64,000 bases of DNA from Clostridiales bacterium (lineage in GTDB: Bacteria > Bacillota > Clostridia > Christensenellales > UBA1242): positions 41,774 to 105,773 of the forward strand of contig SVHM01000001.1 of NCBI GenBank assembly GCA_015055815.1. The letters run 5' to 3'. Below the pieces are notes generated by a model. That model worked only from the letters and a program-made list of their open reading frames with translations. It was not told where the DNA came from and made no database searches. A program made the position numbers and the translations under genes. This document shows, piece after piece, positions 25,421-36,029 of the stretch (position 1 is the first letter of the stretch; the number at the start of each line of letters is the position of its first letter).

Positions 25421-28036
25421 TTATTCCTTATCTATATATTTTTTTAGTTGTAATAACACATCAAAAGCATTTAGCGGTGTTAAATTATTAATATTAAGGT
25501 CGGTTAAAATTGACATAATATTTTTTATGTTTTTATTGTTTTGGTAAGATTTAACTGCATAATTTTCATCTAACTTATTTGTAATTTTATTATCTTTTGC
25601 AAAATCATTTTCTTCAAGTAAATGCAAAATATCTTTTGCTCTTGAAAGAACTTCTTTAGGTAGTCCAGCTAGACTTGCTACTTCAATTCCAAAACTCCTA
25701 CTTGCACCACCCCTAACAATCTTCCTTAAGAAAATTATTGAGTTATTAAATTCTTTTACAGAAACTTGATAATTCTTTATACCTTCAAGCAGTCCTTCTA
25801 GTTCAGTAAGTTCATGATAGTGTGTAGAAAATAGTGTTTTGGCTGTTAGAGTATTAGAAATATGCTCTATAACAGACCATGCAATACTAAGACCATCAAA
25901 TGTAGAAGTTCCCCTACCAATTTCATCTAGAATAATTAAACTATTGTTTGTGGCATTTTTTAAGATATTACTAACTTCAGTCATTTCAACCATAAATGTA
26001 CTTTGCCCAAGTGTTAAATCGTCACTTGCACCAATTCTAGTAAATATCTTATCAATCAAACATATTTTAGCCGATTTTGCAGGCACATAACAACCAATAT
26101 GAGCAAGTAAAGTAATTAGTGCAACCTGTCTCATATATGTGCTTTTACCAGCCATATTAGGTCCGGTAATAATCATAGTTCTGCTATCGGAATTATTTAA
26201 AATTGTGTCATTAGGTATAAATTCTTCCGACTTATTTAATATTTCAACAACAGGATGTCTTCCACCAATAATTTCTATATTATGGTTATTTTTATTTATT
26301 AAAGGTTTACAATAGTTGTTTTCCATTGCAACAGTTGCGAAAGATAGTAATACATCTAGTTCTGCCACTACTTTTGCAGTAGTTTTAATTTTTTCAACAT
26401 CATTAAGAAGAATTTCTCTTACTTCATTAAATAATTTCTTCTCTAACTCTTCTTTCATTGAGTCAGCATTGAGAATTTTATCTTCAATTTCCTTAAGTTC
26501 TGGTGTAATATACCTTTCACAATTAGCAAGAGTTTGTTTTCTAATGTAATGATATGGAATTAACGCACTTTGAGAATTTGTAACTTCTATATAATAACCA
26601 AAAACTTTATTATAACTAATTTTCAAGTTCTTAATTCCCGTTTCTTCTCTTTCTTTAGCTTCCAGTCTTGCAAGCCAAACTTTACCTGATTTTGAAATAT
26701 CAATATATTCATCAAGTTCCTTATTATAGCCATATTTTATTGTGTCAGTGTCTTTAGCTTTAACTTCTGATCCATTTTTATCAACAATTGCTCGTTCAAT
26801 TAAATCAGTTAAATGACCAAAATCAAAGATATTTTCACGAATTTTAACTATATTATTACTAGTTAACGCAGATAATTCTTTTTTCAAATCGGGAAGCATA
26901 AGTAGAGAATTTTTAAGAGAAATACAATCGCTACAAACAAGGTTGTTATAGCTAATTCTTCCACACAATCTTTCTAAATCGTATACTTTATATAAAATAT
27001 CCCCTAATTTTTCTCTAAGAACTATATTTTTAATTAATTCTTCCACGCTAGAAAGTCTATTATTAATTAATTTATCATTATATAATGGTTGGTCGATATA
27101 ACTTTTTAAAAGTCTAGCCCCCATAGAAGTTTTTGTTTTATTCAAAGCCCAATAAAGAGAGCCTTTTTTCTTTCTGTCACGTAAAGTCTCAGTAAGTTCA
27201 AGGTTTCTTCTCGTATTTGCATCAAGTTGCATATAATCAACGAAATTATATACTTCGATATCATTAATATGAGTAAGTTTTCTTTTTTGAGTATTTTCAA
27301 TATAAGTAAGCAAAGCTCCTGCACTCATTATTGCATATTGACGATTATTTATATTATAAGTTTTCAAATTATCGGTATTAAGTTGGGATTTAACAAGCTT
27401 TAATGCATTCTCATAATCAAAAAAATCGTCAGCAACCATGTCACCATTTGGAATATATTGACTAACAACACATGGAAGTGTATCAAAATAATTTTTCATA
27501 TCAGAATTAAGAATTATCTCGCTTGGCTTGATGCTTACTAAATAATCGTTTGTCTTTGAAAGTATATTGTCGCTTGAAAATTCAGTCACAATAAATTTAC
27601 CAGTAGTTATATCAATTGTTGCAATCCCAATATTGTCTTTATCTTTAAAAATCGACGTAATATAGTTGTTTTTTGTTTCATCAAGCATTGTCGCATCCAT
27701 AACTGTTCCTGGAGTTATAATTCTTACAACATCTCTTTCAACAATTTTAACTCCCTTTTGTGGTGCTGTTAATTGCTCACAAATTGCAACTTTATAACCC
27801 TTTTCGACAAGCCTTTGAATGTATCCCATACTAGCGTGATGCGGTATGCCACACATAGGCGCCCTTTTATCAAGTCCACAATCTTTACCCGTTAATGTAA
27901 TTTCTAATTCTCTTGCGCAAAGCTCAGCATCTTCAAAAAACATTTCATAAAAGTCGCCGAGCCTATAAAGAAGAATACAATCTTTGTATTTTTCTTTTGT
28001 ATTTACATATTGTTGCATCATTGGTGTTAAACCCAT
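25421..28036 (-). CDS. mutS: DNA mismatch repair protein MutS
   Basis: N-terminal TPMMQQY...GDFYEMF mismatch-binding motif, Walker A GPNMAGKST, and STFMVEM. Confidence 0.96.
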   Translation of the reverse strand: MGLTPMMQQYVNTKEKYKDCILLYRLGDFYEMFFEDAELCARELEITLTGKDCGLDKRAPMCGIPHHASMGYIQRLVEKGYKVAICEQLTAPQKGVKIVERDVVRIITPGTVMDATMLDETKNNYITSIFKDKDNIGIATIDITTGKFIVTEFSSDNILSKTNDYLVSIKPSEIILNSDMKNYFDTLPCVVSQYIPNGDMVADDFFDYENALKLVKSQLNTDNLKTYNINNRQYAIMSAGALLTYIENTQKRKLTHINDIEVYNFVDYMQLDANTRRNLELTETLRDRKKKGSLYWALNKTKTSMGARLLKSYIDQPLYNDKLINNRLSSVEELIKNIVLREKLGDILYKVYDLERLCGRISYNNLVCSDCISLKNSLLMLPDLKKELSALTSNNIVKIRENIFDFGHLTDLIERAIVDKNGSEVKAKDTDTIKYGYNKELDEYIDISKSGKVWLARLEAKEREETGIKNLKISYNKVFGYYIEVTNSQSALIPYHYIRKQTLANCERYITPELKEIEDKILNADSMKEELEKKLFNEVREILLNDVEKIKTTAKVVAELDVLLSFATVAMENNYCKPLINKNNHNIEIIGGRHPVVEILNKSEEFIPNDTILNNSDSRTMIITGPNMAGKSTYMRQVALITLLAHIGCYVPAKSAKICLIDKIFTRIGASDDLTLGQSTFMVEMTEVSNILKNATNNSLIILDEIGRGTSTFDGLSIAWSVIEHISNTLTAKTLFSTHYHELTELEGLLEGIKNYQVSVKEFNNSIIFLRKIVRGGASRSFGIEVASLAGLPKEVLSRAKDILHLLEENDFAKDNKITNKLDENYAVKSYQNNKNIKNIMSILTDLNINNLTPLNAFDVLLQLKKYIDKE

Positions 28037-28046
28037 TATATTACTC

Positions 28047-29357
28047 CTAACATACTATTTCAGCAAATAATTTATTATTTGTCATTTTTACTACTTTTGC
28101 ATTATAAAATTTATTTATATCAAGATGTTCTTTAACAAACATGGTTTTACCACTATCTGTCATTACTTCAAAGCCATCGTCAGTATCTTTTACCGCAATT
28201 ACATTGAAAATTTGACCAACAATTTCTCTATTTTTTTCTTTTGTAATAGATTTAGAAAGAGCAAGTAATTTGTGTATTCTTTCCTTCTTAATATCTTCAG
28301 AAATTTGGTCAGGTAATTTATCTGCAATTGTTCCACTTCTGCGTGAAAACATAAAAGCAAAAACCCCATCATATTTAACTTCGTTAATAAGATTATATGT
28401 ATCCATAAAATCATCATCTGTTTCACCGGGAAAACCGACAATTATATCAGTAGAGATGTAAGCATAAGGCATATATTTTCGAATAAGAGTAATTAAATTT
28501 AAATAATGCTCTCGTGTATATCTTCTGTTCATAGCATTTAAAATACTATTGCTACCCGATTGTATTGGTAAATGAATAACTTTTGCAATTTTATCATTAT
28601 TTGCAATAACTTTTATGACATCTTCAGTCAAATCTTTAGGGTGTGAAGTCATAAATTTAAGTCTAAAATCCCCATCGAGAGATGAAAGTTTTTGTAGTAA
28701 ATTAGCGAAATTAACATTTTTATCATCAATGTCATTACCATAGCTATTTACATTTTGACCAAGCAAAGTAATATACTTATAACCAGCAGAAATAAGTGAT
28801 TTTACTTCATTTTCAATATCTTCCATCTTTCTGCTTCTTTCTCTTCCACGTACGTACGGAACTATGCAGTATGTACAAAAATTATTACATCCGTAATTAA
28901 TGTTTACCCAGGCATTTGAAAACATATTATCTCTTTTAATCTCTACATCTTCAAAAATACCCTTTTCTTTCTCCCAAACATCATAAGTGTTTGAATTGCA
29001 GTTAATTTTAGAAAGAAGATAATCTTTAAACATATGAATATTATGTGTGCCAAAAATAATATCGACAAAAGGAAAACGTTTTTTAATAACATCTACCCTT
29101 CCTTCAGCCTGCGACATACAACCACAAATTGCAATTATTAAGTTTTTATTTTTACTTTTTAATTTCTTTAACGAACCAATATTGCCAAATATTTTTTGTT
29201 CAACACCATCTCTTATACAACATGTATTAAAAACTATTACATTAGCATTATTCATATCGTCGGTTTGTGAATAACCAAGTGAAAAAAGCATGCCAGCAAG
29301 TTTCTCGCTTTCATGAACATTCATTTGACATCCAAAAGTTTTGATAAAATATTTCAT
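28047..29357 (-). CDS. miaB: tRNA-i6A37 methylthiotransferase
   Basis: UPF0004 N-terminal domain (TFGCQMN), radical SAM motif CNNFCTYCIVP and a TRAM C-terminus. Confidence 0.9.
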   Translation of the reverse strand: MKYFIKTFGCQMNVHESEKLAGMLFSLGYSQTDDMNNANVIVFNTCCIRDGVEQKIFGNIGSLKKLKSKNKNLIIAICGCMSQAEGRVDVIKKRFPFVDIIFGTHNIHMFKDYLLSKINCNSNTYDVWEKEKGIFEDVEIKRDNMFSNAWVNINYGCNNFCTYCIVPYVRGRERSRKMEDIENEVKSLISAGYKYITLLGQNVNSYGNDIDDKNVNFANLLQKLSSLDGDFRLKFMTSHPKDLTEDVIKVIANNDKIAKVIHLPIQSGSNSILNAMNRRYTREHYLNLITLIRKYMPYAYISTDIIVGFPGETDDDFMDTYNLINEVKYDGVFAFMFSRRSGTIADKLPDQISEDIKKERIHKLLALSKSITKEKNREIVGQIFNVIAVKDTDDGFEVMTDSGKTMFVKEHLDINKFYNAKVVKMTNNKLFAEIVC

Positions 29358-29466
29358 AATCAGTCTCTTTATTAATTAAATATATATATTTGTACAAAAT
29401 AAGTATATAATATATTGAAAAAAATTTCAAGTTTTTTATTAATTTTGATATCTATTTAGGTGGGTT

Positions 29467-31743
29467 ATGAAAAATAAAAAAAAATTAAAAGTTGCACTAA
29501 TTATAACATTTTCTCTGTGTTTAGTTGCATTTCTGGGTGTTTATACTTATATACAAATTCAAATAAAACCTTTATTAAGGCAGGATTTTGAATTAAACGT
29601 AGAAAATATTTCAACTAAGATATATGACAATTCATATAATTTAGTTGAAGATTACACTGATAATTTTATAACAATTGATGAGTTAAATGATGACACAATA
29701 AAGGCTTTTATATCAATTGAAGATAAGGAGTTTTTTAATCATAAAGGAATAAACCTAAAAAGAATAGTTGGTGCTACTCTATCTAATATAAAAAACAAAA
29801 AAATTGTTCAAGGCGCAAGTACAATTACTCAACAACTTGTAAAAAATAAGTACCTAACAAATGAAAAATCAATAAAGAGAAAAATCAGAGAAGCTTACAT
29901 ATCAAAGCAAATCGAAAAAAAATATTCAAAAGATGAAATCCTTGAAAGTTATTTAAATACAATTTATTTTGGAAATGGTGCTTATGGTATAAAAAATGCA
30001 AGTATGAAATTTTTTAATAAACACCCTAAAGATTTAACACTAAATGAAAGTGCAGTTTTAGCTGGTTGTATTAATTCTCCGCTTAACTACTCTCCAATCA
30101 ATAATATAATCAATTCAAAAGAAAGACGTAACTTAATACTTAAAGAAATGTTTGAAGATGGATATATAGAAAATGAAGAATATTTAGAAAACACAAATAA
30201 AGATATCGAATTAAATATTACAGATACCCCAAAAAATAATTTGTACATAGATTACGCACTGGAAGAAGCATCAAATATTTTGAAACTAGATAAAAATGAA
30301 ATAATTCAACGTGGATACCAAATATATACATATCAAAATATAGATGAACAAAAAATACTTGATAAAAAAATAAATGATGATAATTATTATCAAAAAAACA
30401 AATATGGAAATATTGCAGATAGTCTTGGTATTATAATTAACAATGACAACTATTCAGTAAGTGCAATATCTGGAAGAAGCGAATACAATTTAGTAAATTT
30501 TAAAAGACAACCAGGAAGTCTTATCAAGCCTATTTTTACTTATGCGCCTGCATTTGAATGCGGTATGATTGCTCCATGTACAGAAATTTTAGATGAGAAA
30601 ATTAGTATAAAAGGATATCAACCTAATAATGTTGGAAATAGATATTATGACTACATTTCGGTTAGAGATATTTTAGCCAAAAGTTTAAACATTCCGACAG
30701 TTAAAATTACCGAAAAACTTGGTGTTGAAAATTGCAAAAATTTTGCTCAAAATTGTGGTATAGAATTTGATGAAAATGATTGTGGTTTATCTTTGTCATT
30801 GGGTGGTATGACAACAGGCGTAAATCTTAAAAATATAACTGATAGTTATTCAATATTTACAAGTAGCGGAAAGTATATAAAAAGTGCATTTATTAAAGAA
30901 ATTAAAGATATTAATAATATTACAATATATAGTAGGAATATGACAGAAACTAAAGTTTGCAGTTCAGATACTTCATATTTAATGACAAATTGTCTTGTGC
31001 ATGCAGTAAATAATGGAACGTCAAAAAAATTATCAAAATTACCATTTCAAGTTGCTGGAAAAACAGGTACAGTAAGTCTACCAAATTCAAATGATAATAG
31101 TGATGCGTATAGCTTAGCTTACACTACTAAAAACACAATAGCAGTATGGCTAGGAAACTATTCAATGGATGATGAATTTTTTCTATCTTCTAGTAATAAC
31201 GGCGGTACATTTTGCACTGAAATTATAAGGGATACATTAAGTGAAATTTATAGCAAAAATATACCACAAAATTTTGAAATTCCAGATACAATAATTAAGT
31301 GCAAAATTGATACAAAATGTTTACAAGAAGACCATGAAATTAAACTTGCTAATAACACTCCCGAAAGATATACTTGTGAAGAAATTTTTTCAGTTAATTT
31401 CCCACCAACTGAACTATCTAATAAGTTTAATAATTGTGAGCCGTTTGATTTTAATTTATCTATTGAAAATAATGTTGCACAAATTTCATTTATACCTAAA
31501 GATTATATTAATTATGAAATATACAAAAATAATAAGTTGTTGAAAACAATTAGTAATGAAAATTATGAATTTAAATACTTTGATAATGATATAAGAAATA
31601 ATGTTAAATATGATTATTATATAAAAGGAATTAATAAATTTTCTAGTATTGAATACACAACCGATATTAAGTCAATATGTAATAAGATTGATTATAATAA
31701 TTACCTTAAATATAATGATGATTATTCATTTATATTTAGTTAA
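29467..31743 (+). CDS. Class A penicillin-binding protein (glycosyltransferase + transpeptidase)
   Basis: GT51 motifs (EDKEFFNHKGI, GASTITQQLVKN), transpeptidase motifs SLIK (SxxK), SLN and KTGT, and an N-terminal TM anchor. Confidence 0.9.
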   Translation: MKNKKKLKVALIITFSLCLVAFLGVYTYIQIQIKPLLRQDFELNVENISTKIYDNSYNLVEDYTDNFITIDELNDDTIKAFISIEDKEFFNHKGINLKRIVGATLSNIKNKKIVQGASTITQQLVKNKYLTNEKSIKRKIREAYISKQIEKKYSKDEILESYLNTIYFGNGAYGIKNASMKFFNKHPKDLTLNESAVLAGCINSPLNYSPINNIINSKERRNLILKEMFEDGYIENEEYLENTNKDIELNITDTPKNNLYIDYALEEASNILKLDKNEIIQRGYQIYTYQNIDEQKILDKKINDDNYYQKNKYGNIADSLGIIINNDNYSVSAISGRSEYNLVNFKRQPGSLIKPIFTYAPAFECGMIAPCTEILDEKISIKGYQPNNVGNRYYDYISVRDILAKSLNIPTVKITEKLGVENCKNFAQNCGIEFDENDCGLSLSLGGMTTGVNLKNITDSYSIFTSSGKYIKSAFIKEIKDINNITIYSRNMTETKVCSSDTSYLMTNCLVHAVNNGTSKKLSKLPFQVAGKTGTVSLPNSNDNSDAYSLAYTTKNTIAVWLGNYSMDDEFFLSSSNNGGTFCTEIIRDTLSEIYSKNIPQNFEIPDTIIKCKIDTKCLQEDHEIKLANNTPERYTCEEIFSVNFPPTELSNKFNNCEPFDFNLSIENNVAQISFIPKDYINYEIYKNNKLLKTISNENYEFKYFDNDIRNNVKYDYYIKGINKFSSIEYTTDIKSICNKIDYNNYLKYNDDYSFIFS

Positions 31744-31930
31744 AAAAATATATAGCTGTCAATCTTGAACTTTTGTAGCTTGTAGAATTTTATACTTTAA
31801 TTTACATAATATTTATGTATTTTACTCTCTTTTAGTAGAGAAAAACAAATTGTTCTCAGATTTCAATGTTCGTTACATAATGCGAAATACACTTAACATT
31901 TAAAAAATATTTATTTCCATGAGAAAAATA

Positions 31931-31969
31931 AAAAGTGAAAGCATGTACTCTACCTACTCTTTCACTTTT
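31931..31969. terminator. Bidirectional hairpin terminator between convergent genes
   Basis: Stem aaaagtgaaag / ctttcactttt with A-runs and T-runs on either side. Confidence 0.6.
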
Positions 31970-32018
31970 TGTTATCATTTATTAATTTTTGAATGTTTTT
32001 TAATTGGGATTAAGTGCA

Positions 32019-32462
32019 CTATTTGCATAAAGATACGTGATTGTAAATTTCTTGTAAAAACTCTCTCAAATCAAATTTTTCATACATTTCTTCATAATCA
32101 ATATCTTTGATTATTTTATTAATTGATTGTAGATAATTAAATCTAATATTATCACTAGGAATTGCAAATTCTTCAACATCTTTTAATGTTGCAAATCGAA
32201 TATAATCATAATATTTACCATATCCAAAGTGCTTTAATAATAATTCTTCAGGAATATCATAAACACATATAAATCTACCCATTAATGTATTTAAATACAA
32301 TAAGTCGGTTTTGTTTTTAAAGAAATGCATATACTTAATATCTTCATTATAAGTATGTGAATTTTTCTCATTATTTCGACAATAATAACCAACACCTTCA
32401 AATGATAGATTTCTTAAAATTTTCTGAATTTCATCTTCCCTACATAGTCGATACACTATCAT
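32019..32462 (-). CDS. Hypothetical protein (147 aa), translationally coupled to the upstream HD gene
   Basis: Its start overlaps the HD ORF by 23 nt. I recognise no motif. Confidence 0.6.
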   Translation of the reverse strand: MIVYRLCREDEIQKILRNLSFEGVGYYCRNNEKNSHTYNEDIKYMHFFKNKTDLLYLNTLMGRFICVYDIPEELLLKHFGYGKYYDYIRFATLKDVEEFAIPSDNIRFNYLQSINKIIKDIDYEEMYEKFDLREFLQEIYNHVSLCK

Positions 32463-33006
32463 TTAATATATCCTTTTCATTGAATAACATTCTCATGTTT
32501 TCAATATATTCTAATCTTTTCTTATTTTTAGTTGGATTATGGGCAAATACGTCACATTTTTGAACTTCAAAAATTATTTTTGATAATGATGTGTTTGAAA
32601 AAATGTCTTCTTTTGTTAAAGGTGTATCATGTCTATTTACAATTTCGCATATAAAATCTATATATTGTTCATTATAATCTAATCTTTTTAAGATTTGTTT
32701 AGTTATGTGTGCTGACATTTCAGGGTGACCTTTAAAATGCCTTACTTCACCTTCTTGAAAGGAGTGTGGTTTTCCTATATCATGTAAAAGTAAAGCCAAT
32801 CTTATATCAAAATTATTTGTTGAAAGACTTAAAGCATATAAAGTATGCTCCCATACATCTAAATTATGATGGGGATGTTTATGCTCAAATCCTATCATAT
32901 CACTTATTTCAGGTATTATTAAGGTTAAATCTTGTAGATTTGCTCTAATTTCGTATACAACATTATCACTGATCAAAATATTATTTAAAAACTCTTTACT
33001 ACTCAT
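32440..33006 (-). CDS. Stand-alone HD-domain phosphohydrolase (resembles the HD module of CCA-adding/poly(A) polymerase-family enzymes)
   Basis: HKHPHHNLDVWEHTLYAL ... LALLLHDIGKP (H...HD motif). Confidence 0.75.
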   Translation of the reverse strand: MSSKEFLNNILISDNVVYEIRANLQDLTLIIPEISDMIGFEHKHPHHNLDVWEHTLYALSLSTNNFDIRLALLLHDIGKPHSFQEGEVRHFKGHPEMSAHITKQILKRLDYNEQYIDFICEIVNRHDTPLTKEDIFSNTSLSKIIFEVQKCDVFAHNPTKNKKRLEYIENMRMLFNEKDILNDSVSTM

Positions 33007-33074
33007 AAATTTCCTCTCAATAAACTATAACATATTTTTTCAACCATTTCAATATATAATAATCTTAATTTATA

Positions 33075-33102
33075 AAAAAGCAAACCTTAATGGTTTGCTT
33101 TT
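33075..33102 (-). terminator. recA terminator (bidirectional hairpin)
   Basis: Stem gcaaacc / ggtttgc with loop ttaat, flanked by A5 and T4 runs. Confidence 0.65.
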
Positions 33103-33143
33103 ATGATATTTCACCAGTTTTAAAAGTTTGTGTTGCTATATAT

Positions 33144-34127
33144 TTATTTTAATCTCTCTCTTATTAAGTTTTGAACTTCTTCCATTGTTTCAGGATTTTC
33201 TTGAAGGAATATTCTTACATTATCTTTTCCTTGTCCAATCTTTTCTCCATTGTAACTATACCATGAGCCACTCTTTTGAATAACATCAAGTTCAATAGCC
33301 ATATCAATAACACATCCTTCGTTATTAATACCAGTGCCGTACATGATATCAAATTCAGCAGTTTTAAATGGTGGAGCTAATTTATTTTTAACAATTTTAA
33401 CCTTTGTTCTATTACCAATTATCTCACTACCGTCTTTTATCACATCAGACTTCCTTATATCCATTCTAATTGAAGAATAGAACTTTAATGCTTTACCACC
33501 AGTTGTTGTTTCTGGGTTTCCGTACATAACACCAATCTTTTCTCTCAATTGATTAATAAAGATAACACATGCATTAGTTTTATTTACAATTGCAGTTAAT
33601 TTTCTTAATGCTTGGCTCATAAGTCTTGCTTGAATACCAACAAAACTATCCCCCATTTCACCATCAATTTCAGCTCTTGGAGTAAGCGCTGCAACACTAT
33701 CAATAACAATGCAATCTACCGCACCACTTCTTACAAGTGCTTCACATATTTCAAGTGCTTGTTCACCAGTATCTGGTTGAGAAATGTATAGGTTGTCAAT
33801 GTCAACACCAAGTTTGCTTGCATATTGTGGGTCTAAGGCGTGTTCTGCGTCTATAAATGCAGCTGTACCACCCATTTTCTGTGCTTGAGCTAATATGTGT
33901 AGAGTAACTGTTGTTTTACCTGAACTTTCAGGTCCATAAATTTCAATTATTCTGCCCTTTGGAACACCACCAATTCCCAAAGCATAGTCAAGTGTCATAC
34001 ACCCAGTAGGAATAACATCAATCGATTTTTGAGCTTCATCACCCAACTTCATTACTGTTCCCTTACCAAATTGCTTCTCTAATTGAGAAATGGCTTGTTC
34101 AAGTTGTTTTCTTTTATTTTCATCCAT
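33144..34127 (-). CDS. recA: Recombinase A
   Basis: [21 protein letters not shown] and VIDSVAAL; full-length canonical RecA. Confidence 0.98.
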   Translation of the reverse strand: MDENKRKQLEQAISQLEKQFGKGTVMKLGDEAQKSIDVIPTGCMTLDYALGIGGVPKGRIIEIYGPESSGKTTVTLHILAQAQKMGGTAAFIDAEHALDPQYASKLGVDIDNLYISQPDTGEQALEICEALVRSGAVDCIVIDSVAALTPRAEIDGEMGDSFVGIQARLMSQALRKLTAIVNKTNACVIFINQLREKIGVMYGNPETTTGGKALKFYSSIRMDIRKSDVIKDGSEIIGNRTKVKIVKNKLAPPFKTAEFDIMYGTGINNEGCVIDMAIELDVIQKSGSWYSYNGEKIGQGKDNVRIFLQENPETMEEVQNLIRERLK

Positions 34128-34146
34128 TAGTCTTAAGTCCTTTTAT

Positions 34147-34160
34147 CAAACATTTGTTTT
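34147..34160 (-). promoter_or_regulatory. LexA (Cheo-type) box upstream of recA
   Basis: The minus strand reads AAAACAAATGTTTG, sharing the core AACAAATGTT with the reverse complement of the lexA box. It lies about 20-33 nt upstream of the recA ATG. Confidence 0.5.
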
Positions 34161-34182
34161 ATAAATACATTATATATTATTT

Positions 34183-35376
34183 TTAAACAAATTGCAAATT
34201 ATTTTGTTTAAGTTTTCTAATTAAATAAAAAATTGCAGTTTTTGTTAAATTTTCTATCATACTATCATCTTTAACATTAATTTTGTTTTTATAGACATGA
34301 ATACCATCCATATCCCCCACTGCCATATAACAACAATCAGAATTGATATCTCCAAGGGTAAATACAACTAAATCAGCCGTAGAACCTTCAAGCAAAGAAT
34401 TTGATAATTCATAAATGGTATTTACTGAATATTTACCATATGTATTTATGACGTTATTATCAATCTTGATATGTTTAATAGCATTATCAAAGTTATTGAA
34501 TAAATAGGTTTCTTCAATATTATTGTTATCAATAAGAGATAATTCTTTGTAAATATCGCCGCCAGTAATTGTTTCTGCAATAACAATTTTTTTCCTTTGA
34601 AGATTTAATAGTTCACTTGCCGTTTCAAATAAATTACTGTCACTAGTCGAATAAATAAACTTATTTAGTTTATTGCAAGCATCAGAAATGGCATTTTGTA
34701 AAAGGGTGCCATCAATATCTTTATCAAATCTAAAATAAATAGCACTATCAAGACCTGTTGAAACAATATTAACAGTAAAATGTTTATCAAGCAAAATATC
34801 ATTAATTAATGACCTAATGTCTTTTTCAAGTATTCCAAAGCACCTAATTATTTGATATTCATTTCTAAAACTTATTAAATCATTAATTAATGGCAAAATA
34901 TAGGATAAATAATTTTCTTTTACAAATTCCAAATTGTCAGGCAAAAATATAATATATTTATTATAGTGCTTATACATAAAACCATTATTGTAATAATTAC
35001 TACTGCAAAGTGGGATTGAATTATTTGGAAGCATTACTTCCATTTCTTCTTGCATTGAAAAAACTATATTGTTATTTGAACAATATTTACTAAGCGAAGA
35101 GTATGTTGCATCCATTGATGACATTTTTTCACCAAATAGTCTAGAAAGATTATCTTTTAGATTATGATTATATATTGAAGAAGATGTTCCAATATAAAAA
35201 ATAAATTCATAATCGCCTTGTAAAATATTTTTGGACTTTTCAAAGTTATCACAATAAGAAATAAGGGAAAATTGTTCCCCTATTTCATATAATTTCTTTG
35301 ATAAATAATCTACAATTTTTTCTTGACTATTTATATTTATTAAGTTTGAGTTTGTTGCAATGCATGTAAATTTCAT
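34183..35376 (-). CDS. Divergent CinA-like (competence/damage-inducible) protein
   Basis: Sits in the canonical pgsA-cinA-recA position. The C-terminal segment KIVIAETITGGDIYKEL resembles the CinA_C AESCTGG motif. The N-terminal domain is poorly conserved. Confidence 0.55.
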   Translation of the reverse strand: MKFTCIATNSNLININSQEKIVDYLSKKLYEIGEQFSLISYCDNFEKSKNILQGDYEFIFYIGTSSSIYNHNLKDNLSRLFGEKMSSMDATYSSLSKYCSNNNIVFSMQEEMEVMLPNNSIPLCSSNYYNNGFMYKHYNKYIIFLPDNLEFVKENYLSYILPLINDLISFRNEYQIIRCFGILEKDIRSLINDILLDKHFTVNIVSTGLDSAIYFRFDKDIDGTLLQNAISDACNKLNKFIYSTSDSNLFETASELLNLQRKKIVIAETITGGDIYKELSLIDNNNIEETYLFNNFDNAIKHIKIDNNVINTYGKYSVNTIYELSNSLLEGSTADLVVFTLGDINSDCCYMAVGDMDGIHVYKNKINVKDDSMIENLTKTAIFYLIRKLKQNNLQFV

Positions 35377-36029
35377 TATTTTTTAGTAGATTTTTTAGTG
35401 ATTTTTTTATCTTCAATATCAGATTTGGCAGTATTTTCAACTTTTTCTTCTTTAAAAATATCAATATTATTAATAAAGTAAACAAGTCCTGAAATTATAA
35501 TAAGTGCTGTAGTAATACCTACAAATACATAGAAAATAATTGTAAAGTATGTAAGGAATGCTGTACCTGCAATGGTAGAAACTTCTCTAAGAGAAGCTAG
35601 CAATAATCCATAAACCAAAGTGCCATATAAGAAATTTGCTTTCATTTTAGCAACTTTATCAGCAGCAATAATCTTTCCTTTTAATTGTCCTGCTTGCCTA
35701 ATACCAGTTACTTCATAATCTCTAAGTATCATAATAAACATAACTATTACGCCATAAGGATTAGGAATAATAGGATTAGCGCCAACAATAAGCATTACAA
35801 GTCCAGTTGTTGCAAGAAGTTTGTCTGCAATTGGGTCTAAGAATTTACCCAAGTCAGTAACCATATTATATTTTCTTGCAATATAACCGTCTAAAGTGTC
35901 ACTAAGAGCAGCAATAACAAATATGCCAAGTGCTACAAATTTTGAGCCCGGAAAGTCAAGTAAGAAGCAAAGAATAAATATTGGCATCATACATATTCTA
36001 GCTAATGAAATTTTATTAGGAATGTTCAT
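35376..36029 (-). CDS. pgsA: CDP-diacylglycerol--glycerol-3-phosphate 3-phosphatidyltransferase
   Basis: CDP-alcohol transferase motif DTLDGYIARKYNMVTDLGKFLDPIADKL; polytopic membrane protein. Confidence 0.9.
   Translation of the reverse strand: MNIPNKISLARICMMPIFILCFLLDFPGSKFVALGIFVIAALSDTLDGYIARKYNMVTDLGKFLDPIADKLLATTGLVMLIVGANPIIPNPYGVIVMFIMILRDYEVTGIRQAGQLKGKIIAADKVAKMKANFLYGTLVYGLLLASLREVSTIAGTAFLTYFTIIFYVFVGITTALIIISGLVYFINNIDIFKEEKVENTAKSDIEDKKITKKSTKK

Noticed and set aside
34183-35376. The divergent CinA-like protein as a novel gene.
   Set aside because: Its position (pgsA-cinA-recA) and the C-terminal AETITGG-type motif fit a fast-evolving CinA ortholog. The divergence is probably compositional drift in an AT-rich genome.
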